From a virus (lineage: Duplodnaviria > Caudoviricetes), in IMG/VR virus record IMGVR_UViG_3300045599_000040, positions 8,158 to 72,157 of that record: a DNA stretch of 64,000 nt. One strand, written 5' to 3'. The position numbers were made by a program, and so were the translations under genes. Within the stretch, counting starts at the first letter, position 1. Each line of letters opens with the position of its first letter. This document shows, one piece after another, positions 30,260 through 40,594 of this stretch. The notes beneath the pieces are model-generated. The model had not been told where the DNA came from. It saw nothing but the letters and a program-made list of their open reading frames with translations, and did no database searches.

Positions 30260-32842
30260 ATGGAGATAAAAATTAAAGTACATACAATTTTTCTAATGGT
30301 GGGGGCAACTGAATCTGGCAAAACCACATTTGCAAAAGAAGTTCTTATTCCACAGTTGCGATTTAGTGATATAAATAAAAATTATATTTCTAATGTTCAA
30401 TATATCTCATCTGATGAGATTAGGCAGGATATCCTTGGTTATAAATATGATAAACATGATCGAGTTATGCTTGAGTCAAGTGAACATGCATTTAATCTTC
30501 TTTTTGAAAAACTTAGAGCTGCAACATCTTTTCCCATCAATGCAGAGTTTGTTATTGTCGATACAACGGGGCTATCTGAAGAGTTCAGAAACAAAGTAAT
30601 CCAAATTGCCAAAGAGAATCATTATAATATTGAATGTGTCTTGTTTGACTATAAGGATAGGAATGATTATTTCACCACTGAAACATCCAAAGCACTGATC
30701 AGTAATCATTTGACAAGACTGAGAAAAGAAGTAGTTGCGGATATAACGAGAAAAAAATACAGCCAAATTCATAAAATTAGAAACAAGAATTTCTACGATC
30801 CAGTTAGCGGAAAAGCAAATTCTGAATATAAGGTCATTGTTGAAAACATGGGAGAGTATTTGAATCATATTCTTCCTACCCATAATAAGTATATTGCAAT
30901 AGGCGATATTCATGAAAAAGTTGAGGAATTAAAATCTTTATTAATCCAACATGGATTTAATATAGACAATAACAAACTAGAGCATAGCGATAAACGATAT
31001 AGGATAATTCTTGTTGGCGATTATATTGATAAAGGCCATAATACGAAAGAGACAATTGATTTTATTTATAACAACAAAGAATGGTTTTATATTGTACTAG
31101 GTAACCATGAAAACTTTGTATACAAATATATTAATGGCGAAATATCTAAAACAGAAGCATCGGTAATGAAATATTTTGACTCAATAAATGCCATCCAAGC
31201 AGATAAAGAACTAAAAGATAAATTTTTTGAACTTGTTAATATATCTAAAAATTTTTACAGGCACATTGGAACACAAACGCCATCATTTTACGTAACACAT
31301 GCCCCTGTTCAAAACAAATACCTTGGCAAGATTGACAACGTTTCACAGAGAAATCAAAGGAGATTTGCCATTGATAGAGATAAACCAGTTGAAGGGCAAC
31401 TTCAGTTCTTAGTTGATGAAGCTGTATCAAATAATCCATTTCATGTATTTGGACATGTGGCAGTTAAAGGAATTGCTCGAATAAAAAATAAGATCAACAT
31501 TGATACTGGATGTGTTCATGGAAACTATCTCTCGTCCGTAACTCTAGACTCATGGAAACCTTTTTACAGAAAGCAAAAAACATCAGGGTTTTATATTGAG
31601 GAAGATTTGCCGCTACTGTTCCAAAAAGAAGAGAATGTTTCATTGAACGATCTAAGCGATGACAACAAGAGAAGGTTAAGATATGCTCTTAAAAATAAAA
31701 TCAACTTCATTTCAGGTACAATGTCTCCATCTGATAAAGATGTTGAATCGAATGACCTAGAATCATTAAAGAGTGGGCTAATGTATTACAAAAACAAGGG
31801 AGTGGACAGCGTAGTTCTACAACCAAAGTACATGGGGTCGCGCTGCAATATTTATCTGGATAGAAATATTGCAGAGTGCTTTGCTGTTAGCAGAAATGGA
31901 TATAAGATAAAACAGGTTGATTTGACTCAAGTTTATGAAAAATTACTTCAAAAATTTAGCCACTACATGAAAACTAATAATATCAAAACCTTTGTACTGG
32001 ATGGAGAACTTCTTCCTTGGAGTATTTTAGGAAAGGGATTGATTGAAAGGCAGTTTAGAACAATAGGTGTTGCATTAGAAACAGAGCTAAGTTTTTTAAA
32101 GCAGAATGATTTTGAAAATCAATTTCTAAGCTTGGTTGAGAATTATAACAATAGCGGATTTGAAAAGGATAGCTTTAGCACATCCAACAGTGAACTGAGT
32201 AAAAAATACGGGAATACGAACTACCAAAATTATAAAAACGTAAAAGACATCGTAAACATTTATACTTCAGTAAGTGATCATTATGAAGCCTATCAAAATT
32301 ATAAAAAGCAAGTTGAGCTATACGGCTTTGAAGGAGAGGCAACATATAAACCCTTCTCAATTCTGAAAGAAATTTATAATGATGGGAGCGAAAAGGTTCC
32401 CAACGAAAAAACATCTGAAATTTTTAATCTGGTCTCAGATGATGATTCTCTTTTGATTGATTTTAATAAGAATCCAAAATTTTATGAAGAAGCTTTGCAA
32501 TTCTATAACAATGTCACAACTGAGAAGAAGATGGAAGGTGTAGTTATCAAACCAGAAATAATGGTGGATGGAGTTGCTCCATATCTAAAGGTGCGTAATC
32601 CTAATTACCTAATAATAGTATATGGATACGACTATAAATTTCCTCATAAGTATGAGAAACTGATGGAACAAAAAAATATCAGAGGAAAGCTTGAAACATC
32701 GATCAAAGAATATAAGCTAGGAGAAAAGATGTTGTCATTCTGCTTGGATAGTATAGATGTTAACAACAAGGATTATATGCAGGTTGTAGCAAATATGCTT
32801 TTTGAAGTAGAGAAAGAAAGAGATATTGATCCAAGGCTGTAG
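30260..32842 (+). CDS. pnkp: Pnkp: polynucleotide kinase, phosphatase and RNA ligase
   Basis: Walker A GATESGKTT; GDIH, GDYIDKG, GNHE, IDTG; ligase motifs QPKYMGSR, DGELLPW, EGVVIKP, LKVRNPNYL. Confidence 0.9.
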   Translation: MEIKIKVHTIFLMVGATESGKTTFAKEVLIPQLRFSDINKNYISNVQYISSDEIRQDILGYKYDKHDRVMLESSEHAFNLLFEKLRAATSFPINAEFVIVDTTGLSEEFRNKVIQIAKENHYNIECVLFDYKDRNDYFTTETSKALISNHLTRLRKEVVADITRKKYSQIHKIRNKNFYDPVSGKANSEYKVIVENMGEYLNHILPTHNKYIAIGDIHEKVEELKSLLIQHGFNIDNNKLEHSDKRYRIILVGDYIDKGHNTKETIDFIYNNKEWFYIVLGNHENFVYKYINGEISKTEASVMKYFDSINAIQADKELKDKFFELVNISKNFYRHIGTQTPSFYVTHAPVQNKYLGKIDNVSQRNQRRFAIDRDKPVEGQLQFLVDEAVSNNPFHVFGHVAVKGIARIKNKINIDTGCVHGNYLSSVTLDSWKPFYRKQKTSGFYIEEDLPLLFQKEENVSLNDLSDDNKRRLRYALKNKINFISGTMSPSDKDVESNDLESLKSGLMYYKNKGVDSVVLQPKYMGSRCNIYLDRNIAECFAVSRNGYKIKQVDLTQVYEKLLQKFSHYMKTNNIKTFVLDGELLPWSILGKGLIERQFRTIGVALETELSFLKQNDFENQFLSLVENYNNSGFEKDSFSTSNSELSKKYGNTNYQNYKNVKDIVNIYTSVSDHYEAYQNYKKQVELYGFEGEATYKPFSILKEIYNDGSEKVPNEKTSEIFNLVSDDDSLLIDFNKNPKFYEEALQFYNNVTTEKKMEGVVIKPEIMVDGVAPYLKVRNPNYLIIVYGYDYKFPHKYEKLMEQKNIRGKLETSIKEYKLGEKMLSFCLDSIDVNNKDYMQVVANMLFEVEKERDIDPRL

Positions 32843-32901
32843 TATGGGGAGAATTACTCCCTCCATATATCTCAAATCTTATTGAGAAAGAAGGAGAATA
32901 A

Positions 32902-33711
32902 ATGAAAAAAATTATAAAAAAACTAAAGCATCAAAAATCGACCATTGAATCACAAGGTCACAAGGTAGCCTATATTTGTTTATATGGTTCTCAAAATTAT
33001 GGACTTGATATCTATACAGACGACTATCAATCAGATCTTGACATGAAAGCTATTTTAATTCCCACTCTTGATGATTTAATAAATAACAACAAACCAATTT
33101 CCACAGTTATTGAAACAGAGTGGGGAGAGTGTGACCTAAAAGATATTCGCAGCTATTTTGAAACTTTACTTAAGGGCAACCCTGCGTATCTCGAAACACT
33201 TTTTACAAAATACTATATTGTTGATGATGGTTTTGAAACAGAATTCAAAGAAATCCTATCCTTTAAAGATGATTTGGTTCACACACTTAGAGCACAAATG
33301 ATTCGTGCAATGTATGGAATGATGCTAGAAAAAGAAAAAGCATTGTGTCACCCATACCCATCAATTGCTCACAAGATTGAAAAATTTGGCTATGATGGTA
33401 AACAAGCTCATCATGTTTTAAGAATGTGGCTAATGATGAAAGACTATTTCAAGTTCAAAAAGCCTTTGAGTGACTGTTTCTATCCCTCATCAGAATACAA
33501 ACAGTCACTGATTAACCTAAAACTTAGCATTCCTTCTTTAGATTATGTTAAAAATAATGTTCAAGAAATTATGACTAAAGCCAACCACCTCAGAGATGAA
33601 GTGATTGAAAGCACCAATGAAAACACATTTGATTATTCGATTAAAAATGATTTCATCAACTTATCACGCAAAATTATTAAAGATAAAATAATTAAAGATA
33701 TAAGGGGATAA
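32902..33711 (+). CDS. Pol-beta superfamily nucleotidyltransferase (RlaP/YcgL-like) 1
   Basis: LYGSQNYGL...SDLDMK; GNPAYLETLF; YDGKQAHHVLR. Confidence 0.75.
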   Translation: MKKIIKKLKHQKSTIESQGHKVAYICLYGSQNYGLDIYTDDYQSDLDMKAILIPTLDDLINNNKPISTVIETEWGECDLKDIRSYFETLLKGNPAYLETLFTKYYIVDDGFETEFKEILSFKDDLVHTLRAQMIRAMYGMMLEKEKALCHPYPSIAHKIEKFGYDGKQAHHVLRMWLMMKDYFKFKKPLSDCFYPSSEYKQSLINLKLSIPSLDYVKNNVQEIMTKANHLRDEVIESTNENTFDYSIKNDFINLSRKIIKDKIIKDIRG

Positions 33712-33715
33712 TCTG

Positions 33716-34695
33716 ATGAAACAACCGAAATTTATTATGATGTGTGGACTTCCAGCAAGCTCAAAATCCACCTTCGCCCAAGAGTTAGCAAAAGTTGAGA
33801 ATGCTATTGTTCTATCGTCTGATCAGATGCGATTAGAATTATATGGAGATGAAACAGATCAAGAGCATAATGGTGAAATATTTAATGAAATATACAGAAG
33901 AGCTATTAGACATTTGAAAAATCAGAAAAGCATCATCATTGATGCAACAAATATTGCCTCGAAAAAAGAATGAATGCATTGGAACGTCTAAATTTTAATA
34001 AAGATATTCTAAAGGAAGTCTACTATTTTAGTGTGTCCCTAGAAGAATGTGTAAGGAGAGATCGAGATAGAAATAGGACAGTTGGTAGCAAAGTGATTGA
34101 CAAGATGTATCGTCAATTGCAAATCCCAACCTATGCTGAGGGATGGAGTAAAATTCATTTAATACATCAATCCAATGCTAATTATAGTCTAGCAATTAGA
34201 GAATACTTTGATAATACAATAAACTATGCAGCAAATTATGAGTACATATTTGAAAATGTTTTTTGTGATATTCCTCCATTCAGCAAAATCAGAGACTTGC
34301 CACATGATTCAAAATATCACTCCTTTAGCGTGAGTAGGCATACATATCATGTCTGGCTAGAGATACAACAAAAATATGATGATCCTGTTTTGATTTGGGC
34401 TGCGCTACTTCATGACGTGGGAAAGGCGCACTGTAAAGAGTTTAAAGAAGGCGCAAAATACGCTCAATTCTTGGGGCATGAATTTGTAAGTGGGCAATTG
34501 GCATGTCAATTTTTAAATTCTCTTGGCTACGATGATGATTTTATTTTAAAAGTGGTTGAGCTAGTTCAACTACATATGAGGCTGATGGGCGCAGGAAATA
34601 GTGAAAAAGCAATCAACAAATTAAAAAGTTTTGTTGGCGAAGAAACTTTCCATAGGCTACAAGCACTTTATGACGCTGATTTAAAAGCAAAATGA
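33716..34695 (+). pseudogene. P-loop kinase (AAA_33/PNK-like) plus HD domain, split by a -1 frameshift near 33962
   Basis: GLPASSKST, LSSDQMR, IIDATN; an extra A in the A6 run gives ASKKRMNALERL; HD part HSFSVSRH, ALLHDVGK, GHEFVS, HMRL, DADLKAK. Confidence 0.75.
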
Positions 34696-34734
34696 ACTAA
34701 ATAAAATAATTCTTTTAACGGAAGGAGAAGTAAA

Positions 34735-34929
34735 ATGAGAAAGGGACAAACAGTTTTTGATTTTGAAGTTGGAGAGCTGGTGGAAGTTATTTCAACAAGT
34801 CATCCCCAATTATATGGAGAACTTGGAGTTATTATTGATAAACAGGATGGAATCCACGGTGGAAGTTTGAGACTGTCATTCAATAGTGGTGAATACATTA
34901 CATGGATGCCTGTTGAAGATGTTAGTTAG
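34735..34929 (+). CDS. Small SH3/KOW-like protein
   Basis: FEVGELVEV...GELGVII; AAGGAG RBS. Confidence 0.55.
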   Translation: MRKGQTVFDFEVGELVEVISTSHPQLYGELGVIIDKQDGIHGGSLRLSFNSGEYITWMPVEDVS

Positions 34930-34970
34930 ATTTAGATAATATCAAACTGAAATATATAAAGGAGAAATAA

Positions 34971-35885
34971 ATGAAAACAAAAACTATCAAATCTATTTTA
35001 TCTAAAGTACACAAACAATTTGTTGAATCAATTGAAGATGAACGTGTTAGAGAACTTGTAAAGAAAAACTCAATTATCACAGGTGGAAGTATTGCTTCAA
35101 TGCTTATGAAGGAGAAAGTAAATGATTACGATTACTATTTTACGAATAAGGAAACGGTAGAAGCAGTTGCTCATTACTATGTAAATAAATTTAATCAACT
35201 AAATCCAGACAAGAAGATCAAACCATCAGTTGTTGTTGAAGGTGACCGAGTAAGAATTAGAATACAATCTGCTGGAATTATATCAGAGGGAGTGGATGAT
35301 GAAAATTATCAATATTTTGAAATGATTCCAGATCCAACAGTAGCAGAATCGTATATTCAAGACATTATGGATAAACCAGTCGATGATGAGCAAGATGTAT
35401 CGAAGCCTAAGCACCGACCTGTATTCCTATCAGATAATGCAATTACTTTATCAGGTAAAATTCAACTTGTCATTCGCTTTTATGGCTCACCAGAACAGAT
35501 CCACGAAAACTATGATTTTGTTCATGCAATGTCGTGGTGGAGATCAGAGGATGGACATTTGGAAACACCGAACAAGGCATTACTTGCAATGATGACTAAG
35601 GAACTTGTTTATAATGGTTCAAAATATCCATTGGCATCTATTATTCGAGCAAGAAAGTTCATTCAACGTGGATGGAGCATCAATGCAGGACAATACTTGA
35701 AAATGGTGCTGCAATTGGGTGAAATGGACTTGAGTGACCCTAAAGTACTTGAAGAACAACTTACTGGAATGGATGTTGCTTATTTTCATGAGATTTTAAG
35801 TAAGTTACGAGAGCGAATGGAAGATGACACAGAGTTTAAAGTAACAAGTACATATTTAATTGAAATTATTGATCGATTATTTTAA
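34971..35885 (+). CDS. Nucleotidyltransferase with CCA/poly(A)-polymerase-like head motif
   Basis: ITGGSIASML..EKVNDYDYYF; NYDFVHA; IRARKFIQRGW. Confidence 0.65.
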   Translation: MKTKTIKSILSKVHKQFVESIEDERVRELVKKNSIITGGSIASMLMKEKVNDYDYYFTNKETVEAVAHYYVNKFNQLNPDKKIKPSVVVEGDRVRIRIQSAGIISEGVDDENYQYFEMIPDPTVAESYIQDIMDKPVDDEQDVSKPKHRPVFLSDNAITLSGKIQLVIRFYGSPEQIHENYDFVHAMSWWRSEDGHLETPNKALLAMMTKELVYNGSKYPLASIIRARKFIQRGWSINAGQYLKMVLQLGEMDLSDPKVLEEQLTGMDVAYFHEILSKLRERMEDDTEFKVTSTYLIEIIDRLF

Positions 35886-35891
35886 GGCTAG

Positions 35892-36626
35892 GTGATACAC
35901 TCAATGACACGAACCTTAGTAGTATCAGACATACATGGCTGTTATGATGAATTTAATGAGTTACTAAAAACCACCCAATACAACCCAGAAGAAGATAAAT
36001 TAATATTACTTGGCGACTATTGCGATAGAGGATTGAAAAGCAAGCAAGTTATCGAGCAAATAATGAATCTTGTAAGTGAATGGGGCATAGTCGCCATTCG
36101 TGGAAACCACGACCAGATGTTTTTAAATGCACTGTATAAAGACGAGGACTATATATTTTTGCATAACGGTGGAATACATACAATCGAAAGCTATGTTGGA
36201 TATGATTGGTTTGTTGATTATCAAGGTTTTGATTTCGATCAATATGTAAATGCGAAAGATTTTATCAAGCAACATTATGCCCACCACATTAAATTTTTAA
36301 GAAGTCTTCCGGTTTATCATGAGGACGATGACTACATTTACGTTCATGCAGGACTAAATCCGCTATATGAAAATTGGAAAGAGCAACCAACTGAGAATTT
36401 TCTTTGGATTCGAGATTTATTTATTGATAGCCCAACCGTGGTTGATAAAACTGTGATCTTTGGTCATACTCCAACTATTAACATGCAAGAGACTGAGGGC
36501 ATATGGTATGGCGGCGACAAAATTGGAGTAGATGGGGGATGTGTTTTTGGATTTAACATGCTTTGTTTAGAAATATCGGAAAAGGGATATAAGCAATACG
36601 CTGTTGAAAGGAGAGTTGGGAACTGA
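35892..36626 (+). CDS. Calcineurin-like metallophosphoesterase (PrpA/lambda-phosphatase-like)
   Basis: SDIHG, LGDYCDRG, RGNHD, VHAG, FGHT, GVDGG. Confidence 0.88.
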   Translation: MIHSMTRTLVVSDIHGCYDEFNELLKTTQYNPEEDKLILLGDYCDRGLKSKQVIEQIMNLVSEWGIVAIRGNHDQMFLNALYKDEDYIFLHNGGIHTIESYVGYDWFVDYQGFDFDQYVNAKDFIKQHYAHHIKFLRSLPVYHEDDDYIYVHAGLNPLYENWKEQPTENFLWIRDLFIDSPTVVDKTVIFGHTPTINMQETEGIWYGGDKIGVDGGCVFGFNMLCLEISEKGYKQYAVERRVGN

Positions 36627-37440
36627 CCTATGTTAAAGATCTAACTGGTTTAAAATTTGGAAAATTAACCGTTGTTAAGAGATTAGAGAATAATAAATAT
36701 GGGGTAGTGTCGTTTGGGAGTGTAGGTGTGAATGTGGCAATATAAAACAGGCAACCACAGGCAATCTAAATGCGGGGAATATAATTTCTTGTGGATGCAT
36801 TAGGGGTGGAGTAAGAAAAACAAAACACAACTTAAGCAAACATAAATTATATGATATTTATATTTCCATGAAGCAAAGATGTTATAACGAAAACAATCCC
36901 AGATATGATGATTATGGTGGTCGAGGCATACGTATTTGTAATGAATGGTTAAATGAAGAGAATGGATTTTTATCATTCTATAACTGGTCTATAAAAAATG
37001 GGTATAAAAAGGGTCTTACGTTAGATAGAAGAGATAACGATGGGAATTATGAACCTTCTAACTGTAGATGGGTAACACATAAAATTCAGCAAAATAACAA
37101 AAGAAATTCGGTATTAATTAATATTGACGGTGTGGAAAAGACTCCATCACAATGGAGCGAGATCACAGGTTTGAGTGCTAAAATTATATTGGATAGGTTC
37201 AATAATGGTTTTAATGGTGATGATATTGTTTCAACCGAAATAGATCAGTACGATCTTAAAATAGGTCAATCTGGACATCGTGGAATTGTTTGGGATGGTT
37301 CTAGATGTAGTTGGCAAGTCTATTATGGGGTCAATAAAGAGAGAAGTTATGTGGGAAGATATAAGAAATTAACTAACGCAATAAAAGCTCAAGAAATTTT
37401 TGTAATTACAGGAGAAAAAGTAAAAGAAAAAGACATGTAA
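36623..37440 (+). pseudogene. HNH-like endonuclease with AP2 domain; frameshift near 36702 and CTG start
   Basis: LTYVKDLTGLKFGKLTVV in one frame, WECRCECGN...SCGC...MKQRCY...YGGRGI...TLDRRDNDGNYEPSNCRW in another; AP2-like SGHRGIVW. Confidence 0.7.
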
Positions 37441-37470
37441 TGTGAATTATAATGTAAAGGGGTAAAATAT

Positions 37471-38148
37471 ATGAATAATCGACCAAAAGCAATTAACAGC
37501 TACAAAAACCTATGTTTTAAATGCTTGAATAAAAAGAAGATTACAAAATTCTCGTTATACAGAGGGTATGGTAGTAGTTTTGATAATTATCGTACATATT
37601 TACAAATTTGTGATGATTGTAAGCCAACTAATATTAAAGCATGGTTCGATGAAGAACCGGAAATGCAAGATAATTTTTATGAAGAATATAAGCATGAGAA
37701 AGATATTACTGATCTTGTAGACTCGTTCCCCTTGGAAGGACAGGAATTATTCTGGAACCGATGTGCATATGGTGCTCTTGCAGATTCAATGGGAAGTCAA
37801 GATTGGATTGATATGAAGTTAGGGATATTGCCTGATGAAAAGTATAAAGAATATGGTATGTATTCACCAACTGAAAAAAGGTTATATGAAGAAAGATATC
37901 CAACATGTAATCATCCCATTAATATAGTGCATAGCGATGAATCAAAAGGAAGCAGGTGCGTTTTTGGGGCAAGTGGTAAATATGGGCAGGAAGTAGGCTT
38001 GAATATCTCTGAAGAGTGTAGCAAATGTCAACGCTACACTCCAAGAAATGAACCAATTAAAGACATGTCATATGATGAATATAAATTGTATCATGCGTAT
38101 TACATAGGCAAACTAAATTATTTTAATTTGAAGGATAGGTTTGAGTAA
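37471..38148 (+). CDS. Cys-rich hypothetical protein
   Basis: CFKC, CDDC, CSKC motifs. Confidence 0.7.
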   Translation: MNNRPKAINSYKNLCFKCLNKKKITKFSLYRGYGSSFDNYRTYLQICDDCKPTNIKAWFDEEPEMQDNFYEEYKHEKDITDLVDSFPLEGQELFWNRCAYGALADSMGSQDWIDMKLGILPDEKYKEYGMYSPTEKRLYEERYPTCNHPINIVHSDESKGSRCVFGASGKYGQEVGLNISEECSKCQRYTPRNEPIKDMSYDEYKLYHAYYIGKLNYFNLKDRFE

Positions 38149-38884
38149 AAAGGGGGATATTTGCTTGAATGAATTCTGGAATGAGCGACTGATTCTAAAA
38201 GTGATTGCAGGAAGCCATAGCTATGGAACCAACACTCCTGAAAGCGATATGGATTTTAGGGGAGTTTGCATCCCACCAATTGAGAATTTGCTTGGATTGG
38301 ACAATAAATTTGAGCAGTATGAAACAAAAGATCCTGACAGTGTAATTTATTCATTAAAAAAATTTGTAAGATTAGCATTACAGAATAACCCTAACATTTT
38401 AGATGCTTTATTTGTAGATGATGAGCATGTTGTGTATGCAAATGAGTATGGAAGAGAATTGCGTGAATTAAAATATTCTTTCCTAAGCAAGAGGGTGTTT
38501 CATACTTACGGTGGATATGCACACTCAAGACTTAAAAACTTAACCGAAAAAGGAAAGAATCCCATTGGTTATAAAAAAGAATTGATTGATAAGTACGGAT
38601 TCGATAGCAAGGATGCCAGTCATCTTGTTAGGTTGATGCGAATGGGGATAGAAATTCTTAGGGATGGAGAAGTGAATGTGTACAGACCTGACAGAGAAGT
38701 ATTGTTAAAGGTAAGAAATGGAGAATTTACTTTAGATGAAATCAAAGAAGAGTACGAATGGTTAAATGAACAGCTAAACAAGGCATATAACGAGTCAAAA
38801 CTTCCAGATCAGCCAGATTACAATAAAATTAATGGTTGGTTAATTGATACGCACAGAAAGTCAATGGAATGGAATATTAATTAA
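38141..38884 (+). CDS. Pol-beta superfamily nucleotidyltransferase (RlaP/YcgL-like) 2
   Basis: IAGSHSYGTNTPESDMDFRGV; NNPNILDALF; DSKDASHLVRL. Confidence 0.82.
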   Translation: MSKKGDICLNEFWNERLILKVIAGSHSYGTNTPESDMDFRGVCIPPIENLLGLDNKFEQYETKDPDSVIYSLKKFVRLALQNNPNILDALFVDDEHVVYANEYGRELRELKYSFLSKRVFHTYGGYAHSRLKNLTEKGKNPIGYKKELIDKYGFDSKDASHLVRLMRMGIEILRDGEVNVYRPDREVLLKVRNGEFTLDEIKEEYEWLNEQLNKAYNESKLPDQPDYNKINGWLIDTHRKSMEWNIN

Positions 38885-38904
38885 AATGTAAAATATAAAG
38901 GAAA

Positions 38905-39168
38905 ATGAGTGAAGGTATATATTATATGGTGAAAATGTACAGGTTAAAATGCATAAAAGAGCTAGACTCCTTTTTCAAAGAGGAATGTACATATTACGGA
39001 CGAAAATCAAAGTCAGGAATGATCATGGCAAAAGATGAATTCGATAAGTGGTGGATAATCGAAGATTATAAAATGCACACGTACAATATATTAAACAACC
39101 ATTTTATAATCTTCGATGAATTTTTTGTGCGAAATCATAAGGAAGCAATCGGCTATAAATCACAATAA
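38905..39168 (+). CDS. Hypothetical protein
   Basis: ORF; stop codon starts a junction palindrome. Confidence 0.5.
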   Translation: MSEGIYYMVKMYRLKCIKELDSFFKEECTYYGRKSKSGMIMAKDEFDKWWIIEDYKMHTYNILNNHFIIFDEFFVRNHKEAIGYKSQ

Positions 39169-39202
39169 ATGAGATATTTTAAAGGAACTGAGGAGTGAGT
39201 AC

Positions 39203-39685
39203 ATGACAAAAGAAATCGAACGTAAATTTTTAATCAAAGATTTTCCATTTGGAGTGTTTGAAAATAATAAAAAAATCAAACCAACTGAATTCATCACTCA
39301 ATCCTATATTAGCATTACCGACCAATCTGAGGTTAGAGTTAGAGAGTCGTGGACTAAAACTGGGGAAAGTAAACATGTATTGACATATAAAAACGGAAAT
39401 GGATTAGTGAGAGGTGAATCAGAAATTGAAATTGACGGAGACACTTTTAAAAACCTACTTAAGTCTAGCGAACCGATTACAAAAGTAAGACATTACTTTA
39501 TGTTAAATGGTGTTCCGATATCAATTGATACTTACACTGGTAAATTATACGGTCTTGTTGTTGCAGAGGTAGAGTTCAAAAGTGAAGGAGAGGCATTAAG
39601 TTATGTTCCACCTGATGAAGCTTTTAGCGATGTGACTGATGACAAAAAGTATAAGAATAAAAATTTATGGCTGTCAATTCAGTAA
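39203..39685 (+). CDS. CYTH-domain triphosphate tunnel enzyme, copy 1
   Basis: EIERKF, RVR, LTYK, ITKVR, IDTY, AEVEF. Confidence 0.88.
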   Translation: MTKEIERKFLIKDFPFGVFENNKKIKPTEFITQSYISITDQSEVRVRESWTKTGESKHVLTYKNGNGLVRGESEIEIDGDTFKNLLKSSEPITKVRHYFMLNGVPISIDTYTGKLYGLVVAEVEFKSEGEALSYVPPDEAFSDVTDDKKYKNKNLWLSIQ

Positions 39686-39736
39686 ATGAAACCCGATAAA
39701 AACATACTTTTAAAAAGTCAACGGGAGGTGTGAGTC

Positions 39737-40216
39737 ATAGGAAAAGAAATTGAGCGTAAATTTTTACTGAAAGAATTTCCATTTAGTATTTTTGAAAGCT
39801 ATAAAAAAACAATGCCATCTGAGCATATCAAGCAATCATATATTAGTCTTACTGATCAATCAGAGGTTAGAATCAGAGAAATATGGAGTAAAAATGGGAA
39901 AAAATTTTATTTAACGTATAAAAACGGAACTGGATTAATTAGAGAAGAATTAGAAATCGAGATTGATGAAGATGTCTTTAAAAACCTATTAAAACTCAGT
40001 GAACCAATTACAAAAGTAAGGCATTATTTTGTATTAAATGGTTCACCACTATCAATTGATACTTATACTGGTAAGTTATATGGACTTGTGATTGCAGAAG
40101 TGGAGTTCAAGAGCGAAGAAGATGCACTAAATTATTCTCCACCAATGGAAAACTTCATCGAAGTCACGAATGAAAAGAAATATAAAAATAAAAATTTGTG
40201 GAAGTCAATTCAGTGA
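39737..40216 (+). CDS. CYTH-domain protein, copy 2, with apparent ATA start
   Basis: GGGAGGTG RBS, then ATA GGA AAA GAA ATT GAG CGT AAA in frame with the 39812 ORF. Confidence 0.8.
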   Translation: MGKEIERKFLLKEFPFSIFESYKKTMPSEHIKQSYISLTDQSEVRIREIWSKNGKKFYLTYKNGTGLIREELEIEIDEDVFKNLLKLSEPITKVRHYFVLNGSPLSIDTYTGKLYGLVIAEVEFKSEEDALNYSPPMENFIEVTNEKKYKNKNLWKSIQ

Positions 40217-40352
40217 GCATAAAGCCACAACAATATTATAAAGAAGGGGAGACACATGAATTGGACAAAAAATGAAAAAAGGTTTTATGGAGTAGTATGT
40301 GCAGTCTTAGGATTCATCGCAGGTTATTTAATAAATAACTAAATACATAAAG

Positions 40353-40556
40353 GTGGGTTTGAATAGAATGGATTTTCATACAATTGAAGGTTATGCCGAA
40401 ACAATATCAAATGGAATACTGGGTAATTTAAATACGAAGCTAATAGCTAAAGAAAACATAATGAATTTAATTGGTTTATCATGCTTGAATTACTCACATA
40501 ATGAGAAATTCAAAAAAGAAATGGATGCTTATTTGGCGCTAAAAGGCTTTTTATAA
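40353..40556 (+). CDS. Hypothetical protein
   Basis: ORF; stop codon starts a junction palindrome. Confidence 0.5.
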   Translation: MGLNRMDFHTIEGYAETISNGILGNLNTKLIAKENIMNLIGLSCLNYSHNEKFKKEMDAYLALKGFL

Positions 40557-40594
40557 AATACCAATTTTAAAACAACTAGGGAGGATGCATTTAT

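Noticed and set aside
33955-33975. Programmed -1 frameshift at AAAAAAG
   Set aside because: The heptamer is out of the canonical A_AAA_AAG phase and no stimulatory stem is evident
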